A stretch of 32,000 nt of DNA from Ignicoccus islandicus DSM 13165 (GTDB lineage: Archaea; Thermoproteota; Thermoprotei_A; Sulfolobales; Ignicoccaceae), in assembly GCF_001481685.1 (NCBI RefSeq), contig NZ_CP006867.1:30001-62000 (forward strand), in the 5' to 3' direction. Position 1 is the stretch's first letter. Each line of letters begins with the position of its first letter. Shown here piece after piece: positions 27,338 to 32,000 of this stretch. The position numbers and the translations under genes are program-made. The notes under the pieces are model-generated. The model saw only the letters and a list, made by a program, of their open reading frames with translations. It did not search any database and was not told the DNA's origin.

Positions 27338-27796
27338 CAATAACTCGTTAATCTTCTCTCCTCTGTAGCCGGCTTCGCCGCCAGCTCCGTAGGGCTTCTT
27401 GGTACTACCTCTGAAACCTCCTCTAGGAGGATGGAGCCTGAAGACTGGTTTTATAACGTCTTGTTTATGGAGTAATACTTCGCCACTTAGTATCTTTTCA
27501 GCTAGTTCTTCGTAACTGTTAACATTGAACTTCTCTTTTAGTACATCTAAGGTAAGTCTCTTATTTCCTGGTAGTCTACCTCTCTTCTCCAAAAGTTGCG
27601 CTAACGTTTCCTTGTTTATTTCGCCCCAAGTTATCCATGCTTGCGCTTTCCTTAACATGCCTTCTAGTCCCGGTAAGTCCTTTGGATAAATTACGGCGTG
27701 ATACCTTTTGTGCAACCTTAGGTTTTCTAAGGTCTTCTCGACGTCCGGTGGGACGTCTGGTTGACCTTTAATTCTTATTATAACGTAGGCACTCAT
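27323..27796 (-). CDS. rpl30: 50S ribosomal protein uL30
   Basis: MSAYVIIRIKGQPDVPPDVEKTLENLRLHKRYHAVI...WGEI. The start is placed at the ATG at 27796, 5 nt after the uS5 stop. The ORF track extends to 27832, inside uS5. Confidence 0.92.
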   Translation of the reverse strand: MSAYVIIRIKGQPDVPPDVEKTLENLRLHKRYHAVIYPKDLPGLEGMLRKAQAWITWGEINKETLAQLLEKRGRLPGNKRLTLDVLKEKFNVNSYEELAEKILSGEVLLHKQDVIKPVFRLHPPRGGFRGSTKKPYGAGGEAGYRGEKINELLLRML

Positions 27797-27801
27797 GTCC
27801 T

Positions 27802-28455
27802 TCACCCTTCTTGCGGCTGCGTCCAGTCCCAAGGTGCCAAGAACCTATAGGTCTGTTTTAAGGCCTCAAGCGTGGCTTTGGCGAAGTTGTGTGTAGTCCT
27901 CGTCTCTCCTTCAGTATGGGTCCATACGTCCTTAAGACCAGCGTATTTTAGAACTGTTCTGGCTACATCGCCTGCGACCAATCCGGTTCCTCTTGGTGCT
28001 GGTTTCAAGGTGATTCTAACGCTGCCACTCTTTCCGTGTACTGTAAAGGGTACGCTGTGCGGTTCACCACACGTACATTCCCAGCTTCCGCAGCCTCTCC
28101 TTACGGGGATTATGTTGAGTTTCGCGTTAGTGAGGGCCTTCTGAATTGCAAACCTCATTTGCCTCGCTTTGCCCATTCCAAGCCCAACTAGACCGTTTTC
28201 ATTGCCTACTACTATTAGTACTCTCAACCTAGTAATTCTTCCAGCATCCGTTACCTTCTGTACTAGGCTTACGTCCAATACTTCATGTTTGAGATCAGGG
28301 ACAAGGAAGTCGACTATCTCCGGTTCCAGTATTGGTAGGTTTTTCTCGAATATCTCGTAGATGCTAGTTATCTTCCCTTCCTTTACCATTTTACCTACTC
28401 GGGTCTTCGGTACCCAAGTTTCCAAGCTTTCGGTTTGGTCCACTCGGACGCTCAT
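27802..28455 (-). CDS. rps5: 30S ribosomal protein uS5
   Basis: [16 protein letters not shown]...[16 protein letters not shown]...AI.KA...AKLN; canonical position between L18 and L30. Confidence 0.95.
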   Translation of the reverse strand: MSVRVDQTESLETWVPKTRVGKMVKEGKITSIYEIFEKNLPILEPEIVDFLVPDLKHEVLDVSLVQKVTDAGRITRLRVLIVVGNENGLVGLGMGKARQMRFAIQKALTNAKLNIIPVRRGCGSWECTCGEPHSVPFTVHGKSGSVRITLKPAPRGTGLVAGDVARTVLKYAGLKDVWTHTEGETRTTHNFAKATLEALKQTYRFLAPWDWTQPQEG

Positions 28456-28471
28456 TTCCGACCCCCTCCCT

Positions 28472-29074
28472 TTAACCCGCTACTTGTTTATAGTTTTCGA
28501 GGATCTTCGATTTCACTTCTTCGAAGTGACTTGGATAGTTCTCTGGGTCGAATCCATTCTTTAAGAGTACTGAGAACCTCTTTTGGAACTCCTCGGGGTT
28601 CTGTTCCTTTAGCATCTTAGCGTAGCTCGCTATGTGTTCACCCCTTATCCTCTCTTCAGACGGTGCGACCTCTTCCGACATAGGGACTTCTAAGCCTACG
28701 TCATTTGCAGCCTTGATGGCAGCGAAGACCCTTGCCCCTTTAGTTGGTTTGTGTAGACCTATATTGGGTGCGGCGTATTGAATGCCCTTCTCCTTTGCTC
28801 TGAGTGCAGCAAGCATACCAGTTAAGTAAACCGCAGGAAGGGAGTTACCAGAGCCCTTCCATCCGAACTTCTGTAGTTCCTTCGAATGGGCAGCCGCTAC
28901 TACGACGTCGCCTTGGACTTGAGGCTTCACTATTTGAACCCATACGTACTTGTTAGACTTCCTTACAACGAATATTGGATGGCCGCTTAGGACTAATTTG
29001 TACCTTTTCCTGTAGTCAGTCTTTCCTTCTCTCCTTCTTCTCCTAGGTACCTTATATCTGGGTCCATGGGCCAT
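28472..29074 (-). CDS. rpl18: 50S ribosomal protein uL18
   Basis: [28 protein letters not shown]...[14 protein letters not shown] is the archaeal L18/L5e signature. Confidence 0.95.
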   Translation of the reverse strand: MAHGPRYKVPRRRRREGKTDYRKRYKLVLSGHPIFVVRKSNKYVWVQIVKPQVQGDVVVAAAHSKELQKFGWKGSGNSLPAVYLTGMLAALRAKEKGIQYAAPNIGLHKPTKGARVFAAIKAANDVGLEVPMSEEVAPSEERIRGEHIASYAKMLKEQNPEEFQKRFSVLLKNGFDPENYPSHFEEVKSKILENYKQVAG

Positions 29075-29075
29075 T

Positions 29076-29528
29076 TCACTTCACCTCAATGCCATATCTT
29101 TCTCTTAGATGTAATTTCAAGTTCCTCAAGCTGTCGAATTCACCACCTTTTGCCTTTCTATATAGTTCCCTGTAGGTCCTTCTGTCTATTACGCCCTTGT
29201 CTCGTAGGTACTTTAGGAACCTCCTTATCTTCCTTATCTTGTTCATCCATACTTCCTTCTTGGGCGTTCTAGCCGTTGCCTTACCCTTTCTCTTACCATA
29301 ACCCCTTCTCCTACCCTTCTTCCTTTGCTCGTGTCGAACCTTCCATCTACTCCTCGAATTTCCTCTCTCTGGTAGTACCTTGATGACGCCTTCTTCCATT
29401 AATTTCCTAACGTCGGCTTTAGAGACCACTTCGTTCAGTTCATCTAGCCTAGTTGGATCGATCCATATTCTACTTTCTCCTACACCAGCTACGCTAGCTG
29501 CTAACCTCGCCACCTTATCCGCTCTCAT
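29076..29528 (-). CDS. rpl19e: 50S ribosomal protein eL19
   Basis: [20 protein letters not shown]......R.DVRKL..EG.I...P.RG.SR.R and a basic C-terminal half. Confidence 0.95.
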   Translation of the reverse strand: MRADKVARLAASVAGVGESRIWIDPTRLDELNEVVSKADVRKLMEEGVIKVLPERGNSRSRWKVRHEQRKKGRRRGYGKRKGKATARTPKKEVWMNKIRKIRRFLKYLRDKGVIDRRTYRELYRKAKGGEFDSLRNLKLHLRERYGIEVK

Positions 29529-29553
29529 CCGAACTCACCTCTCGAAACTCGAA

Positions 29554-29982
29554 CTAAGCGTTCGCTATCCTTATCCCGAGCTCTGCAGCCCTCTTAACTA
29601 TAATTTCCCTTTTCCTCTTTCCAACACTGCTCGCTATGTAGACTATGTGTTTGCTCGCATCTACCTTTTCCAACTCCTTTTCGTTATGTATTACAATAGG
29701 CTCCAAACCGCTGGGATGCAGTCCTCTCACATCTTTTGGCGTTCTATATCCTATCTTTACGATCGGTGGGTATCCCTTTAGCTGAAGCCTGCTCTTGTTA
29801 TCGTTGCCCTTAGGCTTCCTCCATTTATAGCCTCTTTCGAGCCTGAAGTACCTCCACCAGTGATATCTTATGAATTCTGGAAGATCGTTTCTGATCTTTA
29901 TTGCTTTCTTCATTTTCTTCCTTCTCTTTTGTAAGTTTCTTAGTACTTCTTTGCGTTTAGCTAATACGTCGTTGGAGCTCAT
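29554..29982 (-). CDS. rpl32e: 50S ribosomal protein eL32
   Basis: [29 protein letters not shown]...[15 protein letters not shown]. Confidence 0.93.
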   Translation of the reverse strand: MSSNDVLAKRKEVLRNLQKRRKKMKKAIKIRNDLPEFIRYHWWRYFRLERGYKWRKPKGNDNKSRLQLKGYPPIVKIGYRTPKDVRGLHPSGLEPIVIHNEKELEKVDASKHIVYIASSVGKRKREIIVKRAAELGIRIANA

Positions 29983-30545
29983 TTCTCAATCACCTCCTTC
30001 TCATAGATGTATATTCCATCGCTGAACACTCTTCTGTCGAAGTCCTTAATCTTAGTGGCTAGTTCTATATTTGCTGCAGTTTGAGCTACTTTCTCTAAAT
30101 CTATCCCTTCAACTATTAGATCTCGACCCTTTACTTGAACCTTAACGCCAGGAAGGACTTTAGCTATCCTCGGGGCCTTTTCTCCGATGAAGTTCGCTAT
30201 TTCAACTACGTCGCCCTTTACGTTAACGCTTATTGGGAAGTGTGAGAATATTATTTTCATTTTATACCTCCAGCCTTTGGTAACTCCGATTATCATGTTG
30301 TTTATATGAGCAGCAATCGTTCTAACTAACGCCTTCTTTTTGCGATTGGCAAAGAATGTCTCTACTAAGATGGCATCCTTGCCCTCTTCAGTCTTCACTA
30401 GTTTTATGTTAACGCCCTTAGCGTGGGAGAAGTCTCTTTCAAGCGTTCCTTTAGGTCCACTTACCTTCACTTTCAAGCCCTCTACCGTTACGGTCACGCC
30501 GTCCGGTATCTCTACTAAGTGATGGACCCACACGGCTTTAGCCAT
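29979..30545 (-). CDS. rpl6: 50S ribosomal protein uL6
   Basis: [27 protein letters not shown]...[21 protein letters not shown] is a two-domain L6 pattern. It normally follows uS8 directly. Confidence 0.95.
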   Translation of the reverse strand: MAKAVWVHHLVEIPDGVTVTVEGLKVKVSGPKGTLERDFSHAKGVNIKLVKTEEGKDAILVETFFANRKKKALVRTIAAHINNMIIGVTKGWRYKMKIIFSHFPISVNVKGDVVEIANFIGEKAPRIAKVLPGVKVQVKGRDLIVEGIDLEKVAQTAANIELATKIKDFDRRVFSDGIYIYEKEVIEK

Positions 30546-30575
30546 TTTTCATTTACCCATTGAGGGGTGTCTTAC

Positions 30576-30585
30576 GGGGATTTAA
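30576..30585 (-). promoter_or_regulatory. Candidate TATA/promoter element TTAAATCCCC upstream of uL6, overlapping the stop codon of the upstream ATPase gene
   Basis: The reverse complement of 30576-30585 is TTAAATCCCC, 40 nt upstream of the uL6 ATG (30545). It is identical to the 10-mer 38 nt upstream of the uS17 start. Confidence 0.4.
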
Positions 30586-31376
30586 GGACTCTTATGAAGC
30601 TTCTCGTAGGTATATTCCATTAACGAGTCTATTAAACTGCGTTCTTGAGAAGGACACTTTTCTAGTAAGAATAGTAGAGACGGAGGCTTCACCACTTTAC
30701 TTCTAACTAAACCCTCGAGAGTTAAGTTGCCTTTAGCATTGTATTCCACTATGGAAGAGCGCTCGATCATTAGTACCTTATCCGATATCCATATGAGCTC
30801 GGGATCGTGAGTTGCAATTAAAGCGGACCTTCCTTCTTCTCTGAGCTGAATAATGTACTTCAATACTTTCCAATACGATTCGTTATCCAAGAAACTCGTG
30901 GGTTCGTCTAAGAGTACGTACTTTGGCTTGTATACTTCGATACTAGCAATAGTAACGAGTCTTTTCTGACCTAGGCTAAGTCTTAACGTTCTCTCCTTTG
31001 TAAGATGTTCTATACCAAACTTCCTTAACGTTTCAATAACTCTTGCTCTAATTTCGTCTTCGCTCATTCCCAGCGTCCTGAGCGAATACGCAACCTCATC
31101 GTACACTGTCGGGTTAAACAGTTGCGCCCCAGGATCTTGGAACGTTAGCCCAACGAGAGGTTTTAATCGAAACCTATCTTTGCTCCATCTTAGTCCATCT
31201 ATTTCTAATCTCCCTTTGATTGGTTTGAGCAATCCGGCTAGAGTCATTAGTAGAGTCGTTTTACCGCTGCCCGTAGGTCCAACTAATGCAACTATCTCAC
31301 CGGAATCTACGCGCACGTTGATGTCTCGAATTATAGGATACTTGTAGCCGATTTCACCGTTCTCGAAAATTAACAT
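30582..31376 (-). CDS. ECF/cobalt-type ABC transporter ATP-binding protein (CbiO/EcfA-like)
   Basis: GPTGSGKTT (Walker A), LSLGQKRLVTIA (signature), VLLDEPTSFLD (Walker B). Adjacent to, and translationally coupled with, a CbiQ/EcfT-like gene. Confidence 0.85.
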   Translation of the reverse strand: MLIFENGEIGYKYPIIRDINVRVDSGEIVALVGPTGSGKTTLLMTLAGLLKPIKGRLEIDGLRWSKDRFRLKPLVGLTFQDPGAQLFNPTVYDEVAYSLRTLGMSEDEIRARVIETLRKFGIEHLTKERTLRLSLGQKRLVTIASIEVYKPKYVLLDEPTSFLDNESYWKVLKYIIQLREEGRSALIATHDPELIWISDKVLMIERSSIVEYNAKGNLTLEGLVRSKVVKPPSLLFLLEKCPSQERSLIDSLMEYTYEKLHKSP

Positions 31377-32000
31377 TATCCCAACCTCCTCGCCTCAAGA
31401 GCCATTAACCTTAGTTCTAAATAGAACCTTACCCTATATAAGAACATTTCAAGGCTCGATAATTGGTGTCTCCAAATTTCTTTCAAGAATAACTTCTTCA
31501 AAGTTCTAGATTCTCGTGCAGCTAATAGCGTTAGTAACGAGGTAGAGAGCGTTAATGCAACTAGAAGAACGTACTCATATAACGTTACAATACCTTCCGG
31601 TATTCCTAGGTCTACAAGGATTTTCAAAATATTAATTAAGCCAACTCTTTCTATATATAGACTTATTAGTAAAGTTGATAACGAAGATCTCATTGTAAGC
31701 GAGAGCCCTTCGACAAGACCGCGATCACCTAGCCCTGTCCACGAGAAAAGCGTAGTGATGAGACCTAGAGCGAGAGGATACAGGGTAACGCTAAACGGGT
31801 ACTTCAGTGTACGTAATCGCGATCTTCTCTTAATCAGTTCCCTGAGTAAGAATGGAAGAGATACTAGTATCAGCTTATCAATGGATTTCTCGAAAGAAAG
31901 GTATATAGTTGCTGATACGTACAATAGGAACTCGATTTTCGATGTCCCCTCGCGACCTCGAGAGAGCGCATAAGAAAGCTCGCTGACTTCTTCCACGAAC
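31376..32000 (-). CDS. ECF transporter transmembrane (T) component, CbiQ/EcfT-like; probably 5'-truncated by the window edge
   Basis: Multi-helix hydrophobic protein with C-terminal Arg-containing coupling motifs (LAARESR, ALEARRLG). The frame is still open at nt 32000. Its stop overlaps the ATPase ATG. Confidence 0.7.
   Translation of the reverse strand, partial: FVEEVSELSYALSRGREGTSKIEFLLYVSATIYLSFEKSIDKLILVSLPFLLRELIKRRSRLRTLKYPFSVTLYPLALGLITTLFSWTGLGDRGLVEGLSLTMRSSLSTLLISLYIERVGLINILKILVDLGIPEGIVTLYEYVLLVALTLSTSLLTLLAARESRTLKKLFLKEIWRHQLSSLEMFLYRVRFYLELRLMALEARRLG

Noticed and set aside
28545-28555. T-loop-like string GGGTCGAATCC, suggestive of a tRNA.
   Set aside because: It lies inside the uL18 coding sequence and has no flanking T-stem or acceptor pairing.

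Overview
Dense, mostly housekeeping chromosomal window from an archaeon. The eS4, eL19 and eL32 ribosomal proteins, GPN-loop GTPase, GHMP-type shikimate kinase, Aeropyrum-like peroxiredoxin and Isp-type [NiFe] hydrogenase point to a thermophilic crenarchaeon (Thermoproteota); no species can be assigned from sequence alone. I support about 45 protein genes and one C/D box sRNA. I found no tRNA, rRNA, CRISPR array, transposase or integrase. Main content: (i) the spc-like ribosomal protein operon is split. uS17-uL14-uL24-eS4-uL5-uS14-uS8 lies on the + strand (7276-10399). Its normal continuation uL6-eL32-eL19-uL18-uS5-uL30 lies about 17 kb away on the - strand (30545-27323), directly behind ECF-transporter genes. 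(ii) Between the halves sits a four-gene membrane-bound uptake [NiFe] hydrogenase cluster (hynS-hynL-isp1-isp2, 13857-19457), then an orphan HerA/DUF87-type ATPase and assorted housekeeping genes (YchF-like GTPase, Fap7-like kinase, dcd, pyrC, two CBS-pair paralogs, V4R protein, ModB/WtpB-type ABC transporter). (iii) The left part carries a SpoU methyltransferase fragment, peroxiredoxin, SFM1-like SPOUT protein, gatC, cutA, GPN GTPase, aroK and gltX. I do not see a clear multi-gene novel system such as a defence island or mobile element. The most checkable unusual items are the rearranged r-protein operon with an identical 10-mer promoter-like element in front of both halves, a C/D box sRNA with an unusually long GC-rich terminal stem and a degenerate C box, an AT-rich Cys/Lys-rich N-terminal extension on the HerA-like ATPase, and a V4R gene whose N-terminus is cut off by a 1-nt frame problem in an A-run. 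The uS14 gene (54 aa) is below the ORF-track cutoff and was found by hand.
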